DNA from: an uncultured Gammaproteobacteria bacterium
GTDB taxonomy: Bacteria; Patescibacteriota; Patescibacteriia; UBA1558; GWA2-36-10
Assembly (NCBI GenBank): GCA_964633905.1
Contig: CAZWIT010000003.1
Coordinates: 3,193 to 67,192, forward strand
Length of the DNA: 64,000 nt
Direction: 5' to 3'
Shown here: positions 50,054 through 60,225 of the stretch, in pieces
Position numbering within the stretch: the first letter of the stretch is position 1
Layout: every line of letters starts with the position of its first letter
The notes under the pieces: generated by a model
The model's input: the letters and a program-made list of their open reading frames with translations, nothing else
The model's database searches: none
Told to the model about the DNA's origin: nothing
Made by a program: the position numbers and the translations under genes

Positions 50054-50132
50054 GAGATCATCGGTGCAGAACATCACTCATAGCCGAAAGACTTTGGTTG
50101 ATGTTATGCAATAGCCGATGATCTTTATTTTT
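50054..50132 (+). terminator. Long stem-loop plus T-tract downstream of clpP; probable terminator or structured RNA
   Basis: The 10-bp arms AGATCATCGG and CCGATGATCT enclose ~50 nt and are followed by TTTATTTTT. Confidence 0.45.
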
Positions 50133-50200
50133 GCAAAAAAAAGATTCTAGTTTTTACGTACAAAGCGCATAATATCGATTTAATTAAAAAATAAGCAATA

Positions 50201-50229
50201 TTGACTTTTTAGCCAATACTAAGTATAAT
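50201..50229 (+). promoter_or_regulatory. Consensus sigma70-type promoter upstream of rny (TTGACT-17-TATAAT)
   Basis: TTGACT at 50201-50206, a 17-bp spacer, TATAAT at 50224-50229. A 9-bp perfect hairpin TTTGAGAAT/ATTCTCAAA follows, then a ~250-nt leader before rny. Confidence 0.55.
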
Positions 50230-50484
50230 GCTATTTGAGAATAATTATATTCTCAAACATCATTTTATTAAATAATTTACTGTTTTGGTTGCTTGACTAT
50301 TGTATATTTTTAGAAAATCATAAAATGGTTCAAGATTATACTTAAAGATAAGAATCAGTCCTAAATTCTCCAATGATTTATAAATTTTTTTCTCTAAAAA
50401 AATCTCTATTTACCTTTATATCAGGACGATTTTTGGTTTAAACTAAAAATTTTTTCCAAGCAGTAAACTGGAAAGCATCTAAAT

Positions 50485-51999
50485 ATGAATCCAATTTGGT
50501 TATTAGCCAGCTTAGCACTGGGCATGTTTTTGGGTTATGTAATTAAAAAATTCTTTATCCAACAAAACATAGACTCTGCTTCTAGAAAAGCTGAGCAATT
50601 CTTAGCCGAAGCTAGACAAAAACAAAAAGACATCCTACTTGAAGCCAAAGATAAATCTTTAGCCTTAATTGAGGAAGCAAAAAACGAAGAACGAGAAAGA
50701 CGTCATCAATTACAAGAAATGGAAAACCGTCTTAGTAAAAGAGAGGCCTTGTTTGATAAAAAATTACTCGACCTTGAAAATAACAAACAGGCACTAGAAC
50801 AATCTCAAAAACATTTAGAAAAAAATAAAGAAGAAATAAAGCAAATTAAAGAAGAACAGCTTCTTAAGCTTGAAAAAATTGCTGCCTTAAGTCAAGCTGA
50901 AGCTAAAGAGGTATTGCTAAATAATACCGAGACCCGAATGAAAGATGAGCTCTTACACCGTATTCGTAAACTCGAAAATGAAGCTAGCGAAGAATTAGAG
51001 AGCAAGGCAAAATCAATACTAACCTCCGTAATTGAAAGGTGTGCTGCTCCTCATACAGTTGAGATAACTACTACTGCCGTTGATTTGCCCAATGAAGAAA
51101 TGAAGGGTCGTATTATCGGACGCGAAGGTAGAAATATAAAAACTATTGAACAATTAACTGGTGTTGAAATTATTATTGATGACACTCCTCAATCAATTCT
51201 CATTTCTGCTTTTAATCCTATCCGTCGACAACTCGCTAAAAGATCATTAGAAAAATTAATGGTCGATGGCCGCATTCACCCTGGTCGCATTGAAGAAGCA
51301 ATTACGCAAGCTAAAAAAGATTTGGCTTTAGATATTAAAAAAGCTGGCGAAGAAGCTGCCTACCAAGCAGGCATTGTTGGTTTGGATAGTAAACTATTAC
51401 AAATTTTAGGTCGTTTAAAATACCGTACTAGCTATGGCCAAAATCAATTACAACATGCTTTAGAAGTTTCCCACTTAGCCGGCTTACTAGCAGCTGAACT
51501 TAAAGCTGATATTTCTATCTGTAAAAAAGGTGGCCTACTACATGATATTGGTAAGGCTTTAGACCATGAAATTCAAGGTTCACACCCAGAAATTGGCTAT
51601 GATTTATTGAAAAAATTTGGTTTACCCGAAGAAGTAGCCTACATGTCCACTGCTCATCATGAAGACAAACCTAGAACCTTAGAAGGGATTATTGTTAAAA
51701 TTGCTGATGCAATTTCAGGATCCAGACCTGGTGCTCGTAGAGACTCTTTTGAAGACTATATCCAACGTTTAACTGAACTAGAAGATACTGCCAAATCTTT
51801 TGCTGGCGTTGAAAAAGCCTATGCCATTCAAGCTGGCCGCGAAATCCGTGTCTTTGTCTCACCTGAAGAAATTGATGACTACAAAGCCACAATTCTAGCC
51901 CGTGATATTGCTAATAAAATTGAAGCTGAACTTAAATATCCTGGGGAAATCAAAGTAACTATTATCAGAGAGAAAAGAGTAACTGAATATGCCCGTTAA
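50485..51999 (+). CDS. rny: Ribonuclease Y
   Basis: N-terminal TM helix, coiled-coil, KH domain (GRIIGREGRNIKTIE) and HD domain (HSHPEIG...LLHDIGKA). Confidence 0.9.
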   Translation: MNPIWLLASLALGMFLGYVIKKFFIQQNIDSASRKAEQFLAEARQKQKDILLEAKDKSLALIEEAKNEERERRHQLQEMENRLSKREALFDKKLLDLENNKQALEQSQKHLEKNKEEIKQIKEEQLLKLEKIAALSQAEAKEVLLNNTETRMKDELLHRIRKLENEASEELESKAKSILTSVIERCAAPHTVEITTTAVDLPNEEMKGRIIGREGRNIKTIEQLTGVEIIIDDTPQSILISAFNPIRRQLAKRSLEKLMVDGRIHPGRIEEAITQAKKDLALDIKKAGEEAAYQAGIVGLDSKLLQILGRLKYRTSYGQNQLQHALEVSHLAGLLAAELKADISICKKGGLLHDIGKALDHEIQGSHPEIGYDLLKKFGLPEEVAYMSTAHHEDKPRTLEGIIVKIADAISGSRPGARRDSFEDYIQRLTELEDTAKSFAGVEKAYAIQAGREIRVFVSPEEIDDYKATILARDIANKIEAELKYPGEIKVTIIREKRVTEYAR

Positions 52000-52783
52000 A
52001 AATATAAAAATATTATTTTTTGGCGATGTGGTTGGCTCCATTGGTCGTCAAGGAATAAAAAATATTTTACCCCAATGGCTAAAGAAATATAGGCCAGATT
52101 TAGTTATTGCCAATATTGAAAATTTAGCGCACGGTTCAGGCCTTACTGAAAAAACCGTTGCTGATATTCAAACGACTGGCGTCCAAATTTATACTGGCGG
52201 TAACCATACTTGGCGCAAAGAAAGTTTAGATAAATTCTTAGATCTAAAAATCGCCACTGCTCTCAATGACTCTCGCACTATAGCTGAACACCGCTATCAA
52301 AAAATAATAATTAATGATACCAAAATTGTAGTTATAAACTTATTAGGTGAAAGCTTAAATAATAAAGACAATACTATCACTAACCCATTTCTAAGTATCA
52401 AAGAAATATTGCCAGAGTTTGCTGACAGCATAATAATCGTCGATATGCACGCTGAGCTAACCAGTGAAAAAAGAGGGATGGGATTTTTACTTGATGGTAA
52501 GGCTAGTGCTGTCATTGGTACCCATACCCACGTGCCAACTGCTGATGCTCAAATTTTAACAAAAGGCACTGGCTACATCACTGATGTTGGTATGGTAGGA
52601 GCTTTTAATTCTAGTCTAGGTATTGATAAAGACCTAATGCTAGAAAGATTTTTAACTGGCGCGGCAGTTCGTCATGAATTACCTGAGTCTAGCCAAATTG
52701 AAATAAATGCAGTATTATTAGAAATAGATAAAATGAGTAAAAAATGTATTTCAATTACTCATTTAAGAGAAATAATAAATTAA
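51989..52783 (+). CDS. ymdB: YmdB-like metallophosphoesterase (TIGR00282 family)
   Basis: ILFFGDVVGSIGR and GNHTW are calcineurin-like motifs. Conserved position after rny. Confidence 0.75.
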   Translation: MPVKNIKILFFGDVVGSIGRQGIKNILPQWLKKYRPDLVIANIENLAHGSGLTEKTVADIQTTGVQIYTGGNHTWRKESLDKFLDLKIATALNDSRTIAEHRYQKIIINDTKIVVINLLGESLNNKDNTITNPFLSIKEILPEFADSIIIVDMHAELTSEKRGMGFLLDGKASAVIGTHTHVPTADAQILTKGTGYITDVGMVGAFNSSLGIDKDLMLERFLTGAAVRHELPESSQIEINAVLLEIDKMSKKCISITHLREIIN

Positions 52784-52792
52784 GTTAAACAT

Positions 52793-53077
52793 ATGCATAA
52801 AGCTCAGCTAATAGAAAGCCTAAGCATTAAAGCTGGCGTCAGTAAAAAACAAGTTGAAGATGTTTTACAGGCACTAGAAGACCTAACTATTGAGACTTTA
52901 CGGACTGGTGGAGAAATCACTTTAACTGGCTTTGGCACATTTTCAGCGCGTCGTCGCACTAGTAGGCGTGGCGTTAATCCACAAAATCCTACTGAGACTA
53001 TTACTATACCAGAAGTAGTAGTTCCTAAATTTAAAGCTGGTAAAACTCTCAAAGACGCTTTGAAAAAAACTGCTTAA
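52793..53077 (+). CDS. hup: HU-family DNA-binding protein
   Basis: 94 aa. GFGTFSARRRTSRRGVNPQNPTETITIPEVVVPKFKAGK is the HU beta-arm signature. Confidence 0.85.
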   Translation: MHKAQLIESLSIKAGVSKKQVEDVLQALEDLTIETLRTGGEITLTGFGTFSARRRTSRRGVNPQNPTETITIPEVVVPKFKAGKTLKDALKKTA

Positions 53078-53116
53078 AAATAAAAAATTGCCCCACTAAA
53101 GCTGGGGTAATTTTAT

Positions 53117-53797
53117 TTGAAAAAAAATATGAAACTACAATTAAAAAATATCAAACAAGATGCCCGCATCAACTCTTTTATTGACCACACCGATAAATAT
53201 TTAAGAGCTTTGGGCTATACTGACCATGGCCGACGCCACTTAACAATTGTTAGTGACCGCTCCCGAGAATTAGCTAAAAAAATTGGTCTAAATAATATTG
53301 AACAAGAATCAGCTGCTATTGCTGGCTGGTGCCATGATATGGGCAATTTTTTAGGTCGAACACAACACCATTATTGGGCAGCCATGTTATTTTCACAATG
53401 CTACATCAATCAAAGTAACGACTCTAATCAAATTGCTACAATTATCCAGGCCATCACCTCCCATGACAAAGATGATTTGAAAATAGTTGATAAAATAACA
53501 GCCTGCTTGATTATCGCTGATAAATCAGACGTTCATCGCTCAAGGGTAATTAATAAAAAAATACATAATATCAAATCTGATATCCACGACCGAGTTAACT
53601 ATGCCGTTACTGACAATAAATTATTAGTTAATAATAAAAATAAGACTATCACTTTAGTCTTAAAACTAGACACCAAATTTACCGATATGATGGATTACTT
53701 CACTATTTTTATTGAGCGCATGACCTATTGTGAAAAGGCTGCCCAATTTTTAAAATATGAATTTAAATTAAAGATAAATAATACTACTCTAGCTTAA
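53117..53797 (+). CDS. HD-domain phosphohydrolase
   Basis: The HGRRHL...CHDMGN arrangement is the His...HD metal-binding pattern. Confidence 0.5.
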   Translation: MKKNMKLQLKNIKQDARINSFIDHTDKYLRALGYTDHGRRHLTIVSDRSRELAKKIGLNNIEQESAAIAGWCHDMGNFLGRTQHHYWAAMLFSQCYINQSNDSNQIATIIQAITSHDKDDLKIVDKITACLIIADKSDVHRSRVINKKIHNIKSDIHDRVNYAVTDNKLLVNNKNKTITLVLKLDTKFTDMMDYFTIFIERMTYCEKAAQFLKYEFKLKINNTTLA

Positions 53798-54599
53798 ATA
53801 CTAAGCCTACTTTAGAGCCGACAGCAGCATGCTTGGCTTCATCCCAATCAGCAATAGAATACATTAAATTATCTTGAGTATAGATAAAGTCTGCTCCCAA
53901 TCTAGTGCCTGGGTCATTGGTAATAAATTTATCACCCGTATAACCCTTAATGACTAAAACATGATAAGCTGGTCCGCCATTTCTAAAATTTGGATTATTT
54001 AATTTTTTACCATCAGCAGGCACAATCACTGGCTTGCCCTGATCTAAAAGAGATTTTATCTTAGCAACTGTCAAATCGCTAACTATTTCCGTTTTTTGAT
54101 TATACATAGCCAAGGCTAAATCTGCTTCTTTGCTAATTGGCAATTCTGGGTGGCTGCCCCAATTATTAATTTGCCAATCTACCATATCAATAATTATTTT
54201 TTCGACTGCCGATTTATCTGGCATTTTTTTATTTTGATAATAATAATATACCATCATTAAACTAGCCTCTTCGCAGGCATTTTGAAATGGTTCAGCCCAA
54301 TTGGCAGTTGGCGCTTGCGAAGTAAATGGTACATTTAAATTAATTTGATCTCTAGTTACAACTAAAGGCTCAATATTTTCATTTACAACCGGCCTAGAAT
54401 TTGTACTTGTATTAGCTATTGATGGTTTGATAGTAGAAGTAGCAATAATTAGATCTAAATTCTGATTCACAAAATCCTGATAATCTTGAGCTGGCGGCAA
54501 AACAAGTGATGCTTTAGTATTAAAAAATTTCTGATAAATAAAAAAGGACGCTAAAATAAGCACCGCTAATAATATTATATACTTTATATTTTTCATCAT
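53784..54599 (-). CDS. Secreted papain-like peptidase C39-like domain protein
   Basis: N-terminal TM/signal segment. Cys in NACEEASLMMVYYYY and downstream HVLVIKGYTGDKFITNDP resemble the Peptidase_C39_2 Cys/His arrangement. Confidence 0.45.
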   Translation of the reverse strand: MMKNIKYIILLAVLILASFFIYQKFFNTKASLVLPPAQDYQDFVNQNLDLIIATSTIKPSIANTSTNSRPVVNENIEPLVVTRDQINLNVPFTSQAPTANWAEPFQNACEEASLMMVYYYYQNKKMPDKSAVEKIIIDMVDWQINNWGSHPELPISKEADLALAMYNQKTEIVSDLTVAKIKSLLDQGKPVIVPADGKKLNNPNFRNGGPAYHVLVIKGYTGDKFITNDPGTRLGADFIYTQDNLMYSIADWDEAKHAAVGSKVGLVFKLE

Positions 54600-54650
54600 A
54601 TGACTATTATAAACTGTTTTCTAATTATTGACAAAAGTTTAGGCTAAGAT

Positions 54651-55004
54651 ATGATTAATATAGTTGTATGTACCTCAATCAAACAGTCAGAAAGGATAAA
54701 AATGGAACAGCTACTAATTGCCTTGGTTCTACTGATAATCATCAATGTTTCTAGTCTTATTTATATGTTGCACTTTCACCAACAAATCAAAGCTATGCCG
54801 GTACCATTTATACTGCTCGGTATTTTTGGAGCTGATCTTGGTCTAATGATCATTTTAATTGCTATCATTGTTTTGATTTTTAATGGTTTTGATATTCATA
54901 ATAGCAAAATTATTAAAACCTTAGTACAGCTAGCCATTATCCTACTTAGTATCAGCATCATTAGTTGTTGTATTAATATCAAACGTGCTAAAAAAAATAT
55001 ATAA
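54651..55004 (+). CDS. Small membrane protein (three TM helices)
   Basis: 117 aa and highly hydrophobic. Followed by a hairpin plus T-run. Confidence 0.3.
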   Translation: MINIVVCTSIKQSERIKMEQLLIALVLLIIINVSSLIYMLHFHQQIKAMPVPFILLGIFGADLGLMIILIAIIVLIFNGFDIHNSKIIKTLVQLAIILLSISIISCCINIKRAKKNI

Positions 55005-55023
55005 CCTGACTGTCCCCTAGTGA

Positions 55024-55047
55024 AGCTCAACCTTGGTTGAGCTTTTT
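55024..55047 (+). terminator. Intrinsic terminator
   Basis: Stem GCTCAA/TTGAGC with a CCTTGG loop, followed by TTTTT. A second hairpin AGATCAGCGCATGCTGATCT lies ~20 bp downstream. Confidence 0.5.
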
Positions 55048-55573
55048 ATTAATACAAAAAAAGATCAGCGCATGCTGATCTTAAATCTAGTTTTTTAGGC
55101 TTGTGCCTAAAAGGTGGAAGGAACATTGCTTGCCATATTACTGACTACAGTATCGACTATAGTAAGAATATTAGTCAGAATCTGCAAGAGCTGCTGAGCT
55201 AAATTGGGGGCGAACATTTTGAACAAAATCACTAAAAATATTAGTTGGAAAAATCCATATAAAGCACGAAACATATGCTTGTGATTTAAGGCTAAGCCTT
55301 AGGAGAATATTTACCGGATGATTCGACTTCATCCTAGGGCTTAGTTGTCCAAGATATTCTCTTCAGGTAAAATACCCTCAAAAAAACCTTATTTTAAAGG
55401 CACTTGCCTGAAGAGAATTGTCCGCTAATTTAATGTACAAATATACCTTCTATATAATAAGACGGCCAAATATGCCAATATATTACAGTTATTTTAACGT
55501 GCTAAGCTAATAAATAAGCTAACTTCAAGCTTCTTGAGTATAATTTACTAAACTAAAATCAATACCCCACCAA

Positions 55574-57085
55574 CTACTGTCCCCAAAGCTTATTACGATA
55601 TTGCAAAGCTTCCAAAACATGCTTAAGCATAATATCATTACCACTCTCTAAATCCGCAATCGTACGAGCTACTTTTAAGACCTTAAAATAACCACGAGCA
55701 GTCAAAGCCATTTTATCAACTGCTTGATTTAAAATTTTTTGTGAATCAAGATCTAGTTTACAATAACTCCGACAAGCACTGACAGACATATCCGCGTTTA
55801 AAATATTTTGCCCCAATCTTTTATATTGTTTTAGTCTAGCACTCAACACTCTTTGTTTGATGAAACTAGATTTTTCCTGCTTTTCATCTTTATTTGTTAA
55901 ATCTAAACTTTTTACTTTACTTAAACCTAAATGCAAATCAATACGATCAAGTAATGGACCTGATAATCTTTTCTGATAACGCTTAATGTCATTGTGTCCA
56001 CAAATACACGCCTGTTCTAAATCGCCTGCATAGCCACAAGGGCAAGGATTAGCAGTCGCTAACATTATAAAATTAGCTGGAAAATCCAATGAGCCCTTAA
56101 CTCGTGAAACTGTAATTACTTTATCTTCCAAAGGTTGCCGCAGAGCTTCTAAAACTGCCCGCGGAAATTCTAAAATCTCATCTAAAAACAAAACACTACG
56201 GTGCGCCAAAGAAATTTCTCCTGGTCTGGGCCAAGAACCACCGCCAATCATAGCAGCCACCGAAGCAGAATGATGGGGCGAACGTAATATTCTCTGTTGG
56301 ATTAAATATTGCTCTTGAGAAAGCAAACCGGCTAAACTATATATCTTACTTATTTCTAAACTTTCAGAAAAATTTAAAGGTGGCAGAATAGATAAAAAAC
56401 TTTTAGCAAGCATTGTCTTGCCTGCTCCTGGTGGACCAACTAATAAAACATTATGACCACCAGCAGCGCTAATTTCTAAAGCTCTTTTAGCTTCTCTTTG
56501 ACCTTTAATATCAAAAAAATCATAGGTATTATTTTCGATTTGCTCTTGCCAGTTAGCTGCTAACACTTTATCTAATTTTAATTTTCCAGAAAAATGATCA
56601 ATTAACTGACGCAAGTTATCTAAAGGATAAATATCAATATCTTTTATTAGACTCGCCTCTCTAGAATTAGCAGCTGGTAAAAAAACTTGCTGAAAACCTC
56701 TTTCCTTAAGACTAGAAACCATTACTAATATACCAGGCACTGCTTTCAATTCCCCACTTAAAGATAATTCACCAATAAAAGCAATTTTGGCTGTTGGTAA
56801 AAATAAATCACCATTTGCTACTAACACAGCCACGGCCATAGGCAGGTCATAAGAACTCCCTTCTTTACGAATTTGGGCTGGCGCTAAATTAATTACTACT
56901 TTTTGCCGCGGAAATTTTAAATCGCTATTATCAATAGCTGCCCAAACACGCTCTTTTGCTTCTTGCACTGTCATATCTGGTAAACCAACCACAATTATCC
57001 TGGGCAAATGCCGTGATAAATTAGCTTCTACCTCCACTAAAACTCCTTTTAAGCCAAAAGTAGCAATAGTATAAATTTTTTTCAT
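55574..57085 (-). CDS. comM: YifB/ComM family Mg-chelatase-like AAA+ ATPase
   Basis: N-terminal Lon-like domain, Walker A GPPGAGKT, and a C-terminal Zn-ribbon-like Cys cluster. Confidence 0.8.
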   Translation of the reverse strand: MKKIYTIATFGLKGVLVEVEANLSRHLPRIIVVGLPDMTVQEAKERVWAAIDNSDLKFPRQKVVINLAPAQIRKEGSSYDLPMAVAVLVANGDLFLPTAKIAFIGELSLSGELKAVPGILVMVSSLKERGFQQVFLPAANSREASLIKDIDIYPLDNLRQLIDHFSGKLKLDKVLAANWQEQIENNTYDFFDIKGQREAKRALEISAAGGHNVLLVGPPGAGKTMLAKSFLSILPPLNFSESLEISKIYSLAGLLSQEQYLIQQRILRSPHHSASVAAMIGGGSWPRPGEISLAHRSVLFLDEILEFPRAVLEALRQPLEDKVITVSRVKGSLDFPANFIMLATANPCPCGYAGDLEQACICGHNDIKRYQKRLSGPLLDRIDLHLGLSKVKSLDLTNKDEKQEKSSFIKQRVLSARLKQYKRLGQNILNADMSVSACRSYCKLDLDSQKILNQAVDKMALTARGYFKVLKVARTIADLESGNDIMLKHVLEALQYRNKLWGQ

Positions 57086-57254
57086 AAAAAAATCGCCTTA
57101 TTTCAAGAAAAGCGATCAGCTCATTGGCCCTACCCATGCCTGGCGGCCTAAAAATAAATTGTCTTGGCTTAACTTTCTTAAGGCTAAACCTCTAATCGCT
57201 TTTCTTGTTGTTTGTATCTTAAATAATATGAAAAAAAATGTCAAGAAAATTAAG

Positions 57255-57683
57255 TTAAACTTTATTTTTTTTAGTTTTCTTAAGCTCATCAACTAAGAGC
57301 CAAATAACTCCTAATGATATATAAACATCGCTCAAATTAATCACAGTTAAACCGAAAAAATTTATAAAATCAATCACCCCGCCCTGATATATTCTATCTA
57401 ATAAATTACTAATAGCCCCAATAATAATTAAGGCCCAGGGCCAGATTAAAATACTAACTTTTTTAAGAGCTTGTAAATAAAAATAAAACAAAGTAACTAT
57501 AATCACTACTAAAAAAATATACAAATATGCACTAGGCAGGACCCAAAACCAAGCAATATTCTGATTTAATTCAAAAACCAAAAAGCCACCTGACTGTAGA
57601 GTTGTGGCTTTAATTAAAATATAATATTTAGATAAACGATCTAAGACAAATAGTAACAATAAGACTAAATAATGCTTTAGCAT
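57255..57683 (-). CDS. lspA: Lipoprotein signal peptidase II
   Basis: 142 aa with four TM helices and conserved Asn/Asp-containing segments (NLSDVYISLG, FINFFG). Confidence 0.6.
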   Translation of the reverse strand: MLKHYLVLLLLFVLDRLSKYYILIKATTLQSGGFLVFELNQNIAWFWVLPSAYLYIFLVVIIVTLFYFYLQALKKVSILIWPWALIIIGAISNLLDRIYQGGVIDFINFFGLTVINLSDVYISLGVIWLLVDELKKTKKNKV

Positions 57684-57690
57684 TCTAATA

Positions 57691-58053
57691 TTAGAGAGAC
57701 TTTTGTTTACAACTCATGCAAGCCATAGCTGAAGGAAAGGCCTCTAGACGCTTAGGATCAATCGGCTTATTACATTTCTCGCAAAGACCGTAATTGCCAT
57801 TATCAATTTTTTCAATAGCCTTATTAACGTTATATAAAGAAATCTCTAAAGTTTTTTCCATTGATAGATTTTTCTCAAAATCAGCTACCTCGGCTGCATT
57901 TTCGTCTTCTTTTTCACCATAGTCAACGAATTTGGCACTATAGTCATTATCAGTCACCTGTACAGTATCAACATTAAGCTCTTTAATAAGCTCAGATCGA
58001 CGACTTTCTAGATCTGCCCGACGGGCAGCAATAAATTTTGCATCAAATTTCAT
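57691..58053 (-). CDS. DksA/TraR family C4-type zinc-finger protein
   Basis: A coiled-coil N-terminus and CEKCNKPIDPKRLEAFPSAMACMSCK, a four-Cys finger. Confidence 0.65.
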   Translation of the reverse strand: MKFDAKFIAARRADLESRRSELIKELNVDTVQVTDNDYSAKFVDYGEKEDENAAEVADFEKNLSMEKTLEISLYNVNKAIEKIDNGNYGLCEKCNKPIDPKRLEAFPSAMACMSCKQKSL

Positions 58054-58710
58054 ATCTTTTTAAATACCCTGATATAATAACAGCTTTTAATCAAAAAATC
58101 AAGGTTTTTTGGGCAAATTGAAAAGGCGCATCCAGAGACACCCCAACATAAATTTTGTTTGTGGGCCGTAATGCGCCTCTGATGTATTCACTAATACTTC
58201 TGCTCGAGTATATGTTACTCGAAAAATTTTGTAAGTTTAAAATTGGCTAGAAGATATTATGTTGTAAACACATCACGTTTCCTTTTCTGACTCAAGGAAT
58301 TTTGTCCATTTTACCATTCTATGGTATCGGCTTCTAGTCTAGGACTAAGAGCGAACCTTTTTATATTTTTGTTTTTGTTTTTTTTGACAAAGCGGTCAGG
58401 GCGCTTCAAATTTGTAGAATAGTACAATGGAAAGATTTAGATATAAATAAATTTATATGCAAATCCTTAAATTTTTTAAAGATCTTACTTATCAACATTC
58501 TAATTATATCATATAATAGATAAAGTGTCAACGATAAATTAACGCTAATGTTAGATAAAATTTGATATATTTTTCATAACTGTTGACAAATTAAAATAAA
58601 AACACCAAAAGATATTAACAAGTTATCCACACCGTATAGTCGCTTTGCTCTTTACAGTGCCAGCACACTTCAAAAAAGATATAAAGTTATAAATATTGAT
58701 TATATTAAAG

Positions 58711-58733
58711 AAAAAACCAGCTCGTAGAGCTGG
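58711..58733 (-). terminator. Intrinsic terminator ending the pnp-downstream operon
   Basis: Stem CCAGCTC/GAGCTGG with a GTA loop; on the minus strand it is followed by UUUUUU. Confidence 0.65.
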
Positions 58734-58863
58734 GGGGCGGCAAGTCTCTTGATAGCAGAGCTATCATTGTAGGCGTCCCACTAACGCCTCGTTGTTCGGT
58801 GTAGTTTACCTACTCTTACCGTAATAAGAGTTTATAAAATACACCTTAAAATGTCAATATAAT

Positions 58864-60225
58864 CTAAAAACAAGCTTGCCAACCTATTTTTTCTTCATCC
58901 TGATAAGAGAATATAGTTAAATTAGTTACTCCCTTTGCTTCTAAAAGTCCTTTTAAGCTAGATTCTTCTAAACTATCGGCATTTAATAACAGTAAATCAT
59001 TAATTTGTAGCTTGCTGCTTGAGCAAGATTTCAGCAAATCAATTAATTTTACCTGACTAGCAATACTTTTCTCAATTATACTGGCTTGATTACTCAAATA
59101 ATAAGCCTCATTATTACCCCAGCCATACAAATTACCTATTTGCCAGTACTCTTGATCTCGATAATTATGAATTTGATTAGTGGGGGCATCTTCCATTTCA
59201 TAAGCAGTATAAGAAGTTTTATCAGGTAATAGTTTTTTTACCTCTTTTAGTTTAAAATCGGGTACGAGCTTAGCAGCCACTGCTTGCCAATCACTTAAAG
59301 ATAATAATAACCAGCCATCTTTATTCTTGATAATAAAACTACCCCTAAAAATAAGCTTACCTAGCTCCTCTTGCGAAATATTATAATATGGCAAATCTGG
59401 AAATAAATTGCTCAAAAAATATTGATTAATTAAATTTTGTTCTTCTTCATTTAAAGCACTAGAAAAACCAACGGCCAGATTACTATCATAAGGCACTAAC
59501 ACTTGATTAGGCCAGCTATAAGTAGAACTGGCATTTATTAAACGCCTTAACTTGTTCTGCCAAACATTAAAACTAAGTTTATTATTTTTAAGAACCTTCA
59601 AATTAGCATAAACGCTAGGATTTTCCGGGGCGATTTGCAACCACTTTGATAGTTCTGACAAGAATTCCGGAGCTGAATTTGTTTGCCAATAAATATTAAT
59701 GCCCGCATTAATACTAGTTTCTGCTAATAATGGCTCTGCGGCTGGCACTACCGCCTCTTTATCCTTAGCATAAACAAGTAAAACATCTTTTGCTAAAAGC
59801 TGATAATTAAACTCCGGTTTAATAGTAACTAAATTCTTGAGTACAGCCTTAGCATTATCAAGTCTTAACAGATAATAATCTGCTTTATTATCTTTAAGTT
59901 TAAACCAAATAACTTCTTCTGCCTGTGGCCAAGCATCTCCTAGTAAATTACTCAAAAATTGCTGCTGTTTGTTTGGCTCTTCTGATTTAATAATAGGCAA
60001 AGACTCTAAAATTTTATTATCTAAAAGATCGCGACTAGACCATTGCCAATAAAAACTAGTATTAGCTGGTAAATATTTTAAAGTAAAGCTAGCGCCACTT
60101 GGTGTCCAACGCATTAATAAAAATAAAAGCAATAAAAAAACCGGCAAAGCTAAAAAATATTTAACTTTAGAAAAATGCCGGTAATTTTTTACTTTTTCTT
60201 GCCAAGACACTTTTAATTTAAACAA
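58864..60225 (-). CDS. Hypothetical N-terminally anchored protein downstream of pnp
   Basis: 453 aa with a single N-terminal TM helix. No recognisable motif. Confidence 0.3.
   Translation of the reverse strand: MFKLKVSWQEKVKNYRHFSKVKYFLALPVFLLLLFLLMRWTPSGASFTLKYLPANTSFYWQWSSRDLLDNKILESLPIIKSEEPNKQQQFLSNLLGDAWPQAEEVIWFKLKDNKADYYLLRLDNAKAVLKNLVTIKPEFNYQLLAKDVLLVYAKDKEAVVPAAEPLLAETSINAGINIYWQTNSAPEFLSELSKWLQIAPENPSVYANLKVLKNNKLSFNVWQNKLRRLINASSTYSWPNQVLVPYDSNLAVGFSSALNEEEQNLINQYFLSNLFPDLPYYNISQEELGKLIFRGSFIIKNKDGWLLLSLSDWQAVAAKLVPDFKLKEVKKLLPDKTSYTAYEMEDAPTNQIHNYRDQEYWQIGNLYGWGNNEAYYLSNQASIIEKSIASQVKLIDLLKSCSSSKLQINDLLLLNADSLEESSLKGLLEAKGVTNLTIFSYQDEEKIGWQACF

Noticed and set aside
58054-58863. 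A replication origin, suggested by the DnaA-box TTATCCACA
   Set aside because: There is only one consensus box, no cluster of boxes or AT-rich DNA-unwinding repeats, and no dnaA/dnaN nearby.
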